From: Hyphomicrobiales bacterium
Lineage (GTDB): Bacteria; Pseudomonadota; Alphaproteobacteria; Rhizobiales; Aestuariivirgaceae
DNA length: 64,000 nt
Assembly (NCBI GenBank): GCA_046349235.1
Contig: JAXMCT010000008.1
Span: 486,435 to 550,434, forward strand
Direction of reading: 5' to 3'
Shown here: one piece after another, positions 51,458 to 64,000 of the stretch
Layout of the letters: every line of letters begins with the position of its first letter
Numbering within the stretch: the stretch's first letter is position 1
Made by a program: the position numbers and the translations under genes
The notes under the pieces: model-generated
Database searches by the model: none
What the model saw: the letters and a program-made list of their open reading frames with translations, nothing else
Told to the model about the DNA's origin: nothing

Positions 51458-52968
51458 TTACTGCAGCGAGGCGGTCGCCAGCAGGTGCGCTGCGGCGGCG
51501 GCCTCGTTCAACGGCTTGATGATGCTTTCGACCGCGGGGCCGAAGATGTTGAGGATCGGGGCCGGATAGGCGCCGAAGAAGATGGTGAGCACGATCAGCG
51601 GCAGCAGCGTCGCGAGCTCGCGCGGCGTCACGTCCGGGAGATGCATCAGCGCCGGCTTGGTCAGCTTGCCGAACACCACGCGGCGGTAGAGCCACAGGGC
51701 ATAGGCGGCCGAGAGGATGACGCCGGTCGTGGCGAAGAAGGCGACCCAGGTCGTCGCCTTGAAGGCGCCCATCAGCGACAGGAACTCGCCGATGAAGCCT
51801 GACGTGCCGGGAAGGCCGACATTCGCCATGGTGAAGATCATGAAGATGAAGGCATAGAGCGGCATGTTGTTCACAAGCCCGCCATAGGCCGCGATCTCGC
51901 GCGTGTGCATGCGGTCGTAGACCACGCCGACGCAGAGGAACAAGGCGCCCGAGACGAGGCCGTGGCTGATCATCTGGAACATGGCGCCGTCGATGCCCTG
52001 GCGGTTCAGCGCGAAGATGCCCATGGTCACGAAGCCCATGTGGGCCACCGAGGAATAGGCGATCAGCTTCTTCATGTCCTCCTGCATCAGCGCCACCAGC
52101 GAGGTGTAGACGATGGCGACGACCGAGAGGAAGAACACGAAGTCCTGGAAGTAGACCGACGCATCCGGGAACATCGGCAGCGAGAAGCGCAGGAAGCCGT
52201 AGCCGCCCATCTTCAGCAGGATCGCCGCCAGGATGACCGAGCCCGCGGTGGGCGCCTCGACGTGCGCGTCGGGCAGCCAGGTGTGCACCGGCCACATCGG
52301 CATCTTCACCGCGAAGGAGGCGAAGAAGGCGAACCACAGCCACTTCTGCGCTTCCGGCGTGAAGCCGGGGTGGGCGAGGAGCTGGGTGATGTCGGTCGTG
52401 CCGCTCGTCCAGTACATGTAGATGATGGCGAGCAACATGAGCACCGAGCCCAGCAGCGTGTAGAGGAAGAACTTGAAGCTGGCATAGACGCGGCGCGGGC
52501 CGCCCCAGATGCCGATGATCAGGAACATCGGGATGAGGCCGGCTTCGAAGAACAGGTAGAACAGCACGATGTCGAGCGAGCAGAACACGCCGATCATCAG
52601 TGTCTCGAGCACCAGGAAGGCGATCATGTATTCCTTCACCCGCTTCGTCACGTGCCACGAGGCGAGGATGCAGATCGGCATCAGGAAGGTGGTGAGGATC
52701 ACGAAGGGCATGGAGATGCCGTCGACGCCGAGCTTGTAGCTGGCGGCGGTGCCCAGCCAGCTGTGTTCCTCGACGAACTGGAAGCCCGCGGCGTTGGAGT
52801 CGAAGCCAGCCCAGATCAGCAGCGAGATGAGGAAGGTGACCAGCGTGGTCCACAAGGCGCCCCAGCGCACGTTGCGCAACGCCGTCTCGTCCTCGCCCTT
52901 CACCATCAGGATGAAGAGCACGCCGAAGAGCGGCAGGAAGGTGATGACCGAAAGGATGGGCCAGCTCA

Positions 52969-52969
<1 letters not shown>
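51458..52969 (-). CDS. nuoM: NADH-quinone oxidoreductase subunit M
   Basis: 'LGVDGISM', '[26 protein letters not shown]', 'YSSVAHMG'. Confidence 0.96.
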
Positions 52970-55032
<2,063 letters not shown>

Positions 55033-55040
55033 GATTCCCG

Positions 55041-55349
55041 TCAGCCCTTCATGAGATTGATGTCTTCAACCGCGATGGTGCCGCGGTTGCGGAAATAGGT
55101 GACGAGGATGGCAAGCCCGATCGCCGCCTCGCCGGCAGCGACCGTCAGCACCAGCAGCGCGAAGACCTGGCCGACGAGATCGCCGAGGAAGGTCGAGAAG
55201 GCGACGAGGTTGATGTTCACCGACAGCAGGATCAGTTCCACCGACATCAGGATGACGATGACGTTCTTGCGGTTCAGGAAGATGCCGAAGACCCCGATGG
55301 TAAAGAGGATCGCCGCGACGGTGAGATATTGCGAGAGGCCGATTTCCAT
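55041..55349 (-). CDS. nuoK: NADH-quinone oxidoreductase subunit K
   Basis: '[16 protein letters not shown]', '[13 protein letters not shown]'. Confidence 0.96.
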   Translation of the reverse strand: MEIGLSQYLTVAAILFTIGVFGIFLNRKNVIVILMSVELILLSVNINLVAFSTFLGDLVGQVFALLVLTVAAGEAAIGLAILVTYFRNRGTIAVEDINLMKG

Positions 55350-55352
55350 GGC

Positions 55353-55961
55353 TCAGATCCCCTGCCCCGGCTTGACCTTGACGACCTCGACGGCAGTGGC
55401 GGGGGTGCGGGCCACCTGCACGGAGATGTTCTGGCGCTTGACGCCCTGCTTGTGGCGCAGCGTCAGCACGATGGCGCCCACCATGGCGACCAGCAGCACG
55501 AGACCCGCCGCCTGGAAGTAGAATAGGAAGTCGGTGTAGAGCACCTGGCCCAGCGCCTGCGTGTTGGAGACCCCCTCAGGGAGCGGTGCGGCGCGCTGCT
55601 GCAGGCTCGCCGGGCTGATCACCCAGCCGCCCACCGCGAGCGCCAGTTCGACCAGCACGATCAAGCCGATCACGCCGCCGATGGGCAGGTAGTTGAGCAT
55701 GCCCTGCCTAAGTTCCACGAAGTCGACGTCGAGCATCATGACGACGAAGAGGAACAGCACGGCGACGGCGCCGACATAGACGACCACCAGGATCATCGCC
55801 AGGAACTCCGCCCCCAAGAGCACGAAGAGGCCGGCGGCGTTGAAGAAGCACAGGATGAGGAAGAGCACCGAGTGAACCGGGTTCCTCGCCGAGATGACCA
55901 TGACCGCGGAAGCGACCGCGATGGCCGAGAAGAGATAGAAGAACAGTGCGGCGACCATCAT
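55353..55961 (-). CDS. nuoJ: NADH-quinone oxidoreductase subunit J
   Basis: '[10 protein letters not shown]', '[18 protein letters not shown]'. Confidence 0.96.
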   Translation of the reverse strand: MMVAALFFYLFSAIAVASAVMVISARNPVHSVLFLILCFFNAAGLFVLLGAEFLAMILVVVYVGAVAVLFLFVVMMLDVDFVELRQGMLNYLPIGGVIGLIVLVELALAVGGWVISPASLQQRAAPLPEGVSNTQALGQVLYTDFLFYFQAAGLVLLVAMVGAIVLTLRHKQGVKRQNISVQVARTPATAVEVVKVKPGQGI

Positions 55962-55969
55962 GGGCTCCT

Positions 55970-56458
55970 TCAGCGGTAGGGCGCGTCCATCGCGATGTTC
56001 GTCGCGATTTCACGCTCCCAGCGGTCACCGTTGGCCAAGAGCTTCTCCTTGTCGTAGAGCAGCTCTTCGCGGGTCTCGGTGGCGAATTCGAAATTGGGGC
56101 CGAGCACGATGGCGTCGACCGGGCAGGCTTCCTGGCAGAAGCCGCAATAGATGCACTTCACCATGTCGATGTCGTAGCGCGTGGTGCGACGCGTGCCGTC
56201 GTTGCGGCGGGGGCCGGCCTCGATGGTGATGGCAAGCGCCGGGCACACGGCCTCGCACAGCTTGCAGGCGATGCAGCGCTCTTCGCCGCTCGGATAGCGG
56301 CGCAGCGCGTGCTCGCCGCGGAAGCGCGGCGACACGGGGCCCTTCTCGTTCGGATAGTTGATCGTCGCCTTGGGCGCGAAGAAGTAGCGCATCGACAGCA
56401 CGGTGGCGGCGAAGAACTCCTTCAGGAACAGCGAGCGGGCGGCTTGTGCGAGTTTCAT
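55970..56458 (-). CDS. nuoI: NADH-quinone oxidoreductase subunit I
   Basis: '[12 protein letters not shown]' and '[12 protein letters not shown]' 2x[4Fe-4S] motifs. Confidence 0.97.
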   Translation of the reverse strand: MKLAQAARSLFLKEFFAATVLSMRYFFAPKATINYPNEKGPVSPRFRGEHALRRYPSGEERCIACKLCEAVCPALAITIEAGPRRNDGTRRTTRYDIDMVKCIYCGFCQEACPVDAIVLGPNFEFATETREELLYDKEKLLANGDRWEREIATNIAMDAPYR

Positions 56459-56465
56459 CTGGTTT

Positions 56466-56702
56466 TCACCCGAACAGTGATTTCATGCGGTCCCCCAGCA
56501 GGAAACCGACGACCGGCATGAGGACGAGGCTCTGGAACTTGACCAGCGCCATGAAGGTGGAGGGGCGGATGCCCTGCGACTGCGTCAGCTTGGCCTTCTC
56601 GAAGCGCCAGCGCAGCGCGGGGTAGACCGAACGGTTGACCAGTGCCAGCTCGGCGAGGCCGACGACCGTGAACAGCAGTGCCCCGATGAGTCCTGCGATC
56701 AT
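56466..56702 (-). CDS. Small hypothetical membrane protein inside the nuo operon (78 aa)
   Basis: ATGA overlap with nuoH stop; two hydrophobic segments; ends 7 bp before nuoI. Confidence 0.7.
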   Translation of the reverse strand: MIAGLIGALLFTVVGLAELALVNRSVYPALRWRFEKAKLTQSQGIRPSTFMALVKFQSLVLMPVVGFLLGDRMKSLFG

Positions 56703-57760
56703 GGCGCCCATCCGAAGCCGACGAGCACGGCAGCGACCAGCACCACGTAGAAGATCGAAATCGGCAGGAACACCTTCCAGCCCAGCCGCATCAGCTGGTC
56801 GTAGCGATAGCGCGGCACGAAGGCCTTCACCAGCGCGAACATGAAGAAGACGAACACCACCTTGAGGAAGAACCAGATGAAGCCCGGCACCCAGTTGAGC
56901 GGCGGCACATCGATGGGCGGCAGCCAGCCGCCGAGGAAGAGGATCGTCGTCATCGCGCACATCAGCACGATCGCCACGTATTCGCCGAGCATGAAGAGCA
57001 GGTAGGGCGTGGAGGAATATTCCACCATGAAGCCCGCCACCAGTTCCGATTCCGCCTCGACCAGGTCGAAGGGCGGGCGGTTCGTTTCGGCCAGCGCCGA
57101 GACGAAGAAGATGATGAACATCGGGAACAGCGGGATGAAGTACCAGTCGAGGAACGACCCCGGCAGGCCTAGCATGGTGCCCAATCCAGTGTGCTGCGAG
57201 CGCACGATCTCGGTGAGGTTCATCGAGCCCGCGCACATCAGCACGGTGACGATGACGAAGCCGATCGACACCTCGTAGGACACCATCTGCGCCGCGGAGC
57301 GCAGGGCCGAGAGGAAGGGATACTTGGAGTTCGAGGCCCAGCCGCCCATGATGACGCCATAGACGCCTAGGGACGACAGCGCGAAGAGATAGAGGATGCC
57401 GACATTGATGTCGGAGATCACCCACTTGCCCTCGACGAGGCCGAAGAACGAGCCTTCCGACACCGGCACCACCGCCCAGGCGGCCAGCGCCAGCGTGGCC
57501 GTGACAAGGGGGGCGATGACGAAGACGCCCTTGTTGGCGCCGTCCGGGATCACCACTTCCTTCAGCGCGAACTTGATCAGGTCGGCGAAGGACTGGAACA
57601 GGCCCCAGGGGCCGACGACGTTCGGCCCGCGGCGCATCTGCACGGCGGCCCAGATCTTGCGGTCGGCCCACAGCAGGTAGGCAACGATCAGCAAGAGGCC
57701 CGCCATGAAGCCGAAGCTCACGACGGCGAAGAACAGCAGGGTGAGAAGAGCCTCGATCAT
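56699..57760 (-). CDS. nuoH: NADH-quinone oxidoreductase subunit H
   Basis: 'RRGPNVVGP', '[12 protein letters not shown]', 'ETNRPPFDL', 'PRYRYDQLM'. Confidence 0.96.
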   Translation of the reverse strand: MIEALLTLLFFAVVSFGFMAGLLLIVAYLLWADRKIWAAVQMRRGPNVVGPWGLFQSFADLIKFALKEVVIPDGANKGVFVIAPLVTATLALAAWAVVPVSEGSFFGLVEGKWVISDINVGILYLFALSSLGVYGVIMGGWASNSKYPFLSALRSAAQMVSYEVSIGFVIVTVLMCAGSMNLTEIVRSQHTGLGTMLGLPGSFLDWYFIPLFPMFIIFFVSALAETNRPPFDLVEAESELVAGFMVEYSSTPYLLFMLGEYVAIVLMCAMTTILFLGGWLPPIDVPPLNWVPGFIWFFLKVVFVFFMFALVKAFVPRYRYDQLMRLGWKVFLPISIFYVVLVAAVLVGFGWAP

Positions 57761-57763
57761 GAT

Positions 57764-59845
57764 TTACTCAGCGGCCTCGAGCTTCTGCACGTTCTTCAGG
57801 GCCGAACATTCGGCCATGATGCGGGACGCGCGGGCAATCGGGTTGGTCATGTAGAAGTCGGTGACGGCCGAGCGGAACGGCTCGGACGACATCGCACCCT
57901 CGGCCTTGCCGAGATCGGCGAGTTCGGCGGTGGCGGCCGCCTCGCGGGTGTCGATGCGCATCAGCTGCGGGGCCACCTTGTACATGGCGGCGCGCAGTTC
58001 CTCGAGATTGTTCCACGGCAGCGCCTTGCCGAGCGCTTCCGACAGCGCGCGGTAGATCGCCCAGTCCTCGCGGGCCTCGCCCGGCGGGAAGGAGGCGCGC
58101 TCGGTGAGCTGCGGGCGGCCCTCGGTGTTGACGTAGGTCACCTGTTTCTCGACATAGGCCGCACCCGACAGGATGACGTCGGCGCGGTGCGCGCCGGCAT
58201 CGCCGTGGGTGCCGACATAGACGACGAAGGTGGAGCCCAGCGCCTGGGTGTCGATCTCGTCGGCGCCGATGAGGAACAGCATGTCGAGCTCGCCCGCCTT
58301 CGCCGCATCGAGCATCTGGCGCGTGGTCTTGCCGCCGTCGGCGGAGGGCAGCGCGCAGACGTCGAGCGCGCCGACGCGGCCCGCTGCGGTGTGCAGCACG
58401 TTGAAGCCGTTCCAGCCGTCCTTGATGGCGCCGAGCTTCTCCGCCGCCTTGTAAGCGGCCGCGAGAACCTGCGGACCGTCAGGGCGGGCGATGGCCCCCT
58501 GCCCCACGATCACCATGGGCTTGGCGCCCGCCTTGACCTCGGAGGCGAGAAACTTGCTCAACGTCTCGGGGCCGGCGCCGAGATAGTCATAGTCATAGGT
58601 GAGGTCGGCGCGTTCGCCGCTCACCGTGACCGGGCAGCCGCCCCGCGTCACGCGCTTGCGGATGCGGGCGTTCAGCACCGGCGCCTCGAGGCGCGGGTTG
58701 CTGCCGATCAGCAGGATCGAGTCCGCCTCCTCGATGCCGGCGATGCCGCTGTTGAAGAGATAGCCGGCGCGTCCGCCCTTCTCGCCCAGCGGCGAGCCGT
58801 CCTGGCGGCAGTCGATGTTCTTGATGCCGAACTGGTCGGCGAACTGGCGGAGCGAGAAGGCCTCCTCCGCACCGACGAGATCGCCGAGGATGATGCCGAT
58901 GCGATCGGGGTTCACGCCGTTCATGCGCTGCGCGATGCGCTGGAAGGCCTCGGGCCAGGCGGCAGCGCGCAGCTTGCCGAACTCGCGCACATAGGGCCGG
59001 TCGAGGCGCTGCGCCTTGAGGCCATCCCACACGAAGCGCGTCTTGTCGGAGATCCACTCCTCGTTCACGTCCTCGTGGGTGCGCGGCAGGATGCGCATCA
59101 CCTCGCGTCCGCGCGCATCGACCCGGATGTTGGAGCCGACCGCGTCCATCGCATCGATCGTCTCGGTCTTGCGCAGCTCCCACGGCCTGGCCTTGAACTC
59201 ATAGGGCAGCGAGGTCAGCGCACCCACCGGGCAGAGGTCGATGATGTTGCCCTGAAGTTCGGAGGAGATTGCCTTGTTGAGATAGGTGGTGATCTCCATG
59301 TCCTCGCCGCGGCCGGTGGCGCCCATCTGCTGGATGCCGGCGACCTCGGTCGTGAAGCGGACGCAGCGCGTGCACTGGATGCAGCGGTTCATCGCGGTCT
59401 TGACCAGCGGGCCGAGATACTTGTCTTCGACGGCGCGCTTGTTCTCGTGGAAGCGGTTTTTCTCCACGCCATAGGCCATGGCCTGGTCCTGCAGGTCGCA
59501 CTCGCCGCCCTGGTCGCAGATCGGGCAATCGAGCGGATGGTTGATGAGCAGGAACTCCATCACGCCTTCGCGCGCCTTCTTCACCATCGGGGTCTTGGTG
59601 TAGACTTCCGGCGGCTCGCCGGCCGGGCCGGGACGCAGATCGTTGACCGACATGGCGCAGGAAGCCTGCGGCTTCGGCGGGCCGCCCTTCACCTCGACGA
59701 GGCACATGCGGCAGTTGCCGGCGATCGACAGGCGCTCATGGTAGCAGAAACGCGGCACTTCCGCACCCGCCTGCTCGCAGGCCTGCAGCAGGGTGAGGCC
59801 GTTCTCGACCTCGATCTCTTTGCCGTCGATCTTGATTTTTGGCAT
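57764..59845 (-). CDS. nuoG: NADH-quinone oxidoreductase subunit G
   Basis: '[17 protein letters not shown]', '[19 protein letters not shown]', 'CIQCTRC'. Confidence 0.97.
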   Translation of the reverse strand: MPKIKIDGKEIEVENGLTLLQACEQAGAEVPRFCYHERLSIAGNCRMCLVEVKGGPPKPQASCAMSVNDLRPGPAGEPPEVYTKTPMVKKAREGVMEFLLINHPLDCPICDQGGECDLQDQAMAYGVEKNRFHENKRAVEDKYLGPLVKTAMNRCIQCTRCVRFTTEVAGIQQMGATGRGEDMEITTYLNKAISSELQGNIIDLCPVGALTSLPYEFKARPWELRKTETIDAMDAVGSNIRVDARGREVMRILPRTHEDVNEEWISDKTRFVWDGLKAQRLDRPYVREFGKLRAAAWPEAFQRIAQRMNGVNPDRIGIILGDLVGAEEAFSLRQFADQFGIKNIDCRQDGSPLGEKGGRAGYLFNSGIAGIEEADSILLIGSNPRLEAPVLNARIRKRVTRGGCPVTVSGERADLTYDYDYLGAGPETLSKFLASEVKAGAKPMVIVGQGAIARPDGPQVLAAAYKAAEKLGAIKDGWNGFNVLHTAAGRVGALDVCALPSADGGKTTRQMLDAAKAGELDMLFLIGADEIDTQALGSTFVVYVGTHGDAGAHRADVILSGAAYVEKQVTYVNTEGRPQLTERASFPPGEAREDWAIYRALSEALGKALPWNNLEELRAAMYKVAPQLMRIDTREAAATAELADLGKAEGAMSSEPFRSAVTDFYMTNPIARASRIMAECSALKNVQKLEAAE

Positions 59846-59857
59846 CTTGCTTATTCC

Positions 59858-60318
59858 TCACGCACAGCGGAGCGCCCGCATGCGGTGTTCATCCATCACT
59901 TCCGTCCAGCCGAAGGCATGTTCGCTGGCACCCTCCGACTCATATTGCTTGAGACGCGCATAGGCCTCGTCGAGGCTCGGCAGGTGGCCTTCGGGAACCC
60001 ACCACAGAACCATGTGGGGCTTCTCCATCAGGCTGAACCATTCCTCGCGCTTCTTGTAGAATTGCACGTGCACGGTCTTGAAGACATAGTCCTCGAGCGA
60101 CTTGGCGTCGGTCCAGACGGAGAGGTTCACCGCCATGTCGTCGCCGACGCGGAAACCGGTCGCGTTGTTGTTGTCGCCCTTGAGGCGCCAAACGAAGCCC
60201 GCTGAACGTTCGGCGATCGCGTTGACGCGATCGAGATTGTCCATAAAGCCGGCCATGCGCGGATCGCTGGTCGGATACTTGAACTTGCCGATGTTCAGCT
60301 CAGCGAGGTGCATGGGCA

Positions 60319-60319
<1 letters not shown>
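59858..60319 (-). CDS. DUF3291-family protein inside the nuo operon
   Basis: 'HLAELNIG', 'FMDNLDRVNAIAERSAGFVWRL', 'VNLSVW', 'VLWWVPEGHLP'; TGATG coupling to nuoF. Confidence 0.85.
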
Positions 60320-61626
<1,307 letters not shown>

Positions 61627-61635
61627 GGTTCTGTC

Positions 61636-62310
61636 TCACTTCTTCTCTTCCGCCGGAGGCGGAGGCGGCGGCTCGACGCGCACGAAAGTGCGCTGGCCTT
61701 CATAAAGCGTGGGGTCCGTCAGGGCAGTCTGCACACCTTGCGGCGCGGCCATGTGACGGTCGATCTGCGGGCCCACCTTCACCTTGCGGCCGGCGGCGAG
61801 ATCGTCGATCAGCTGCTCGAGCGAGGCGGGGGTGAGATCCTCGTAGGTGTCCTTGAAGATCTGCACCATGGGCGCGTTCACGCAGGCGCCGAGGCACTCG
61901 ACCTCTTCCCACGAGAACTTGCCGTCGTCCGAGATGTGGTGCGGCTCATGGTGGATGCGGTTCTGGCAGACCTTCTTCAACTCCTCCGCGCCGCGCAGCA
62001 TGCAGGGCGTGGTGCCGCAGACCTGGATGTGGGCCACCTTGCCCACCGGCTGCAGCTGGAACATGGTGTAGAAGGTCGCGACCTCGAGCACGCGGATGTA
62101 GGCCATGTCGAGCATGTTGGCGACATACTCGATCACGGGCTTGGTCACCCAGTTGTCGTTCTGCTCCTGGGCGCGCCACAGCAGCGGGATCACCGCCGAG
62201 GCCTGCTTGCCCGCAGGATACTGCGCGATCTTTGCCTTGGCCCAGGCCAGGTTCTCCGCGTTGAAGGCGAAGCTGTCGGGCTGGATAGGATGAAGACGTC
62301 GGACGCTCAC
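61636..62310 (-). CDS. nuoE: NADH-quinone oxidoreductase subunit E
   Basis: 'EVATFYTMF', '[11 protein letters not shown]', '[10 protein letters not shown]'. Confidence 0.96.
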   Translation of the reverse strand: MSVRRLHPIQPDSFAFNAENLAWAKAKIAQYPAGKQASAVIPLLWRAQEQNDNWVTKPVIEYVANMLDMAYIRVLEVATFYTMFQLQPVGKVAHIQVCGTTPCMLRGAEELKKVCQNRIHHEPHHISDDGKFSWEEVECLGACVNAPMVQIFKDTYEDLTPASLEQLIDDLAAGRKVKVGPQIDRHMAAPQGVQTALTDPTLYEGQRTFVRVEPPPPPPAEEKK

Positions 62311-63500
62311 CGGTCCACCTCACCAAAAACGATGTCGAGAGAGCCCAGCACGGCGGACACGTCCGCCAGCATGTGGCCGCGGCAGATGTGGTCCATGGCC
62401 TGCAGATGCGCGAAGCCGGGGGCGCGCAGCTTGCAGCGATAGGGCTTGTTGGTGCCGTCGGACACGAGATAGACGCCGAACTCGCCCTTGGGGGCCTCGA
62501 CGGCGGCATAGACCTCGCCCGGCGGCGTGTGGAAGCCTTCGGTATGGAGCTTGAAGTGGTGGATCAGCGCTTCCATCGAGCGCTTCATCTCAGCCCGTTT
62601 CGGCGGCACCACCTTGCCGTCGGCAGAGGAGACGGGGCCGGTCTTCTCGGCGCCCAGCAGCAGGTTCACGCACTGCTTCATGATCTTCACCGATTCACGC
62701 ATTTCCTGCATGCGGATCAGGTAGCGGTCATAGCAGTCGCCGTTCTTGCCGATCGGGATGTCGAAATCCATCTCGTCGTAGCATTCATAGGGCTGCGCCT
62801 TGCGCAGGTCCCAGGCAGCGCCCGAGCCGCGCACCATGACGCCGGAGAAGCCCCACTCGAAGCACTCCTTCAATGACACGACGCCGATGTCGACGTTGCG
62901 CTGCTTGAAGATGCGGTTGTCGGTCAAGAGGCCCTCGATGTCGTCCAGCACCTTGTTGTGGTGTTCGCAGAAGGTGCCGATGTCCTCGACCAGCTCCGGC
63001 GGAATGTCCTCATGCACGCCTCCGGGGCGGAAATAGGCTGCATGCATGCGCGAGCCCGAGGCGCGCTCGTAGAACACCATCAGCTTCTCGCGTTCCTCGA
63101 AGCCCCACAGCGGCGGGGTGAGCGCGCCCACGTCCATGGCTTGGGTGGTGACGTTGAGAATGTGCGAGAGGATGCGGCCGATCTCGGAATAGAGCACGCG
63201 GATCAGCTGGCCGCGGCGCGGTACGGTGAGGCCCAGCAGCTTCTCGATGGCGAGGCACCAGGCATGTTCCTGGTTCATCGGCGCCACGTAGTCGAGGCGG
63301 TCGAAATAAGGGACGGCCTGCAGGTAGGTCTTGTGCTCGATCAGCTTCTCGGTGCCGCGGTGCAGGAGGCCGATATGCGGGTCGACGCGGGTGCAGACCT
63401 CGCCGTCGAGCTCAAGCACGAGGCGCAGCACGCCGTGGGCCGCCGGATGCTGCGGCCCGAAGTTGATGGAGAAGTTGCGGACGGTGGAGGCTTCAGACAT
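62307..63500 (-). CDS. nuoD: NADH-quinone oxidoreductase subunit D
   Basis: '[14 protein letters not shown]', '[10 protein letters not shown]', 'EAPKGEFG', 'DIVFGEVDR'. Confidence 0.97.
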   Translation of the reverse strand: MSEASTVRNFSINFGPQHPAAHGVLRLVLELDGEVCTRVDPHIGLLHRGTEKLIEHKTYLQAVPYFDRLDYVAPMNQEHAWCLAIEKLLGLTVPRRGQLIRVLYSEIGRILSHILNVTTQAMDVGALTPPLWGFEEREKLMVFYERASGSRMHAAYFRPGGVHEDIPPELVEDIGTFCEHHNKVLDDIEGLLTDNRIFKQRNVDIGVVSLKECFEWGFSGVMVRGSGAAWDLRKAQPYECYDEMDFDIPIGKNGDCYDRYLIRMQEMRESVKIMKQCVNLLLGAEKTGPVSSADGKVVPPKRAEMKRSMEALIHHFKLHTEGFHTPPGEVYAAVEAPKGEFGVYLVSDGTNKPYRCKLRAPGFAHLQAMDHICRGHMLADVSAVLGSLDIVFGEVDR

Positions 63501-63516
63501 CGTGGCACCGACCAGG

Positions 63517-63546
63517 AGCGAATAGCGAATAGCGAATAGCGAATAG
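63517..63546 (+). repeat. Heptamer tandem array (AGCGAAT)x4+AG, one arm of a 30-bp inverted repeat
   Basis: AGCGAATAGCGAATAGCGAATAGCGAATAG read directly. Confidence 0.95.
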
Positions 63547-63551
63547 TGGTT

Positions 63552-63926
63552 TCATTGCTTTTCCTGAACCGCCCTTATGAGGGAGCGGAGCATTCTTCCG
63601 ATTTCGTCGCAGGCCTTCATGGCTTCCGCCGCTGAAGCCGCCTGCAGCAGGCCGACGCGCTCCGACAGGAGCAGGTGAGTTTCCGTTTCCTTTAGCGAGC
63701 CCTGCGCGATTCGAAGGAACTGAACGAACGAACCCGAATTCTCCCGCCCGTGCCCCTCTGCGATGTTGGCCGCCACGGAAGCGGATGACCGCGTGATCTG
63801 GCTGGTAAGTCCAAACATCTCGTGCCGGGGAAATCTTCGCGTCAGCGAATAGCAGAGCACGGCCAAATCCATCGCCTTCTGCCAAACCAGCAGATCGCGG
63901 TACGAATTTATGTCGGCCTTGCTCAA
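63552..63926 (-). CDS. Four-helix bundle protein (23S rRNA intervening-sequence protein / bAvd-like family)
   Basis: 'SYRDLLVWQKAMDL...FPRHEMFGLTSQITRSSASVAANIAEGHGR...FVQFLRIAQGSLKETETHL' family signature; TTG start after AGGGAAG. Confidence 0.93.
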   Translation of the reverse strand: MSKADINSYRDLLVWQKAMDLAVLCYSLTRRFPRHEMFGLTSQITRSSASVAANIAEGHGRENSGSFVQFLRIAQGSLKETETHLLLSERVGLLQAASAAEAMKACDEIGRMLRSLIRAVQEKQ

Positions 63927-63935
63927 TCATCTTCC

Positions 63936-63965
63936 CTATTCGCTATTCGCTACTCGCTATTCGCT
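63936..63965 (-). repeat. Heptamer tandem array, second (inverted) arm
   Basis: CTATTCGCTATTCGCTACTCGCTATTCGCT; its reverse complement matches 63517-63546 at 29/30. Confidence 0.95.
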
Positions 63966-64000
63966 TCACTTCGCCTTTTCATCGCCGGGGAGCACGTATT
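63966..64000 (-). CDS. nuoC: NADH-quinone oxidoreductase subunit C, 3' end only
   Basis: Minus strand reads ...YVLPGDEKAK*, the typical alphaproteobacterial NuoC C-terminus, and sits upstream of nuoD. Confidence 0.85.
   Translation of the reverse strand, partial: YVLPGDEKAK

Noticed and set aside
63517-63965. Heptamer arrays plus Avd-like gene read as CRISPR or a diversity-generating retroelement
   Set aside because: No spacers, reverse transcriptase or TR/VR pair in the window

Overview
High-GC (by eye) alphaproteobacterial chromosome segment; gene order and content point to Hyphomicrobiales. It is mostly core housekeeping: metY, ctaA, tRNA-Pro(GGG), merR-ihfA-fabH-plsX-yceD-cbp3/bamE, hppA, the ldtR-ldtP-glyA-nrdR-ribDEH-nusB cluster, hemB, an Omp25/RopB-type porin, bpt, a TetR-HlyD-ABC exporter, chvE-gguAB, parC, rnj, birA and nuoC(3' end)-N. 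No CRISPR array, rRNA, transposase or integrase was recognised. Top observations: (1) a four-helix-bundle (23S-rRNA-IVP/bAvd-like) gene between nuoC and nuoD is bracketed by two inverted 30-bp arrays of the heptamer AGCGAAT. These can form a fully paired helix in the mRNA, starting at the first base after the nuoC stop. (2) An uncharacterised trio (DMT exporter, GNAT/autoinducer-synthase-like protein, convergent overlapping PAS-like protein) has palindromic, lux-box-like and CtrA-like upstream motifs and is a candidate small-molecule signalling module. (3) A candidate anti-Shine-Dalgarno sRNA lies next to gguB, and several REP-like palindromes occur, some apparently reused as terminators. All product calls come from motif recognition and synteny by eye; no database searches were run.
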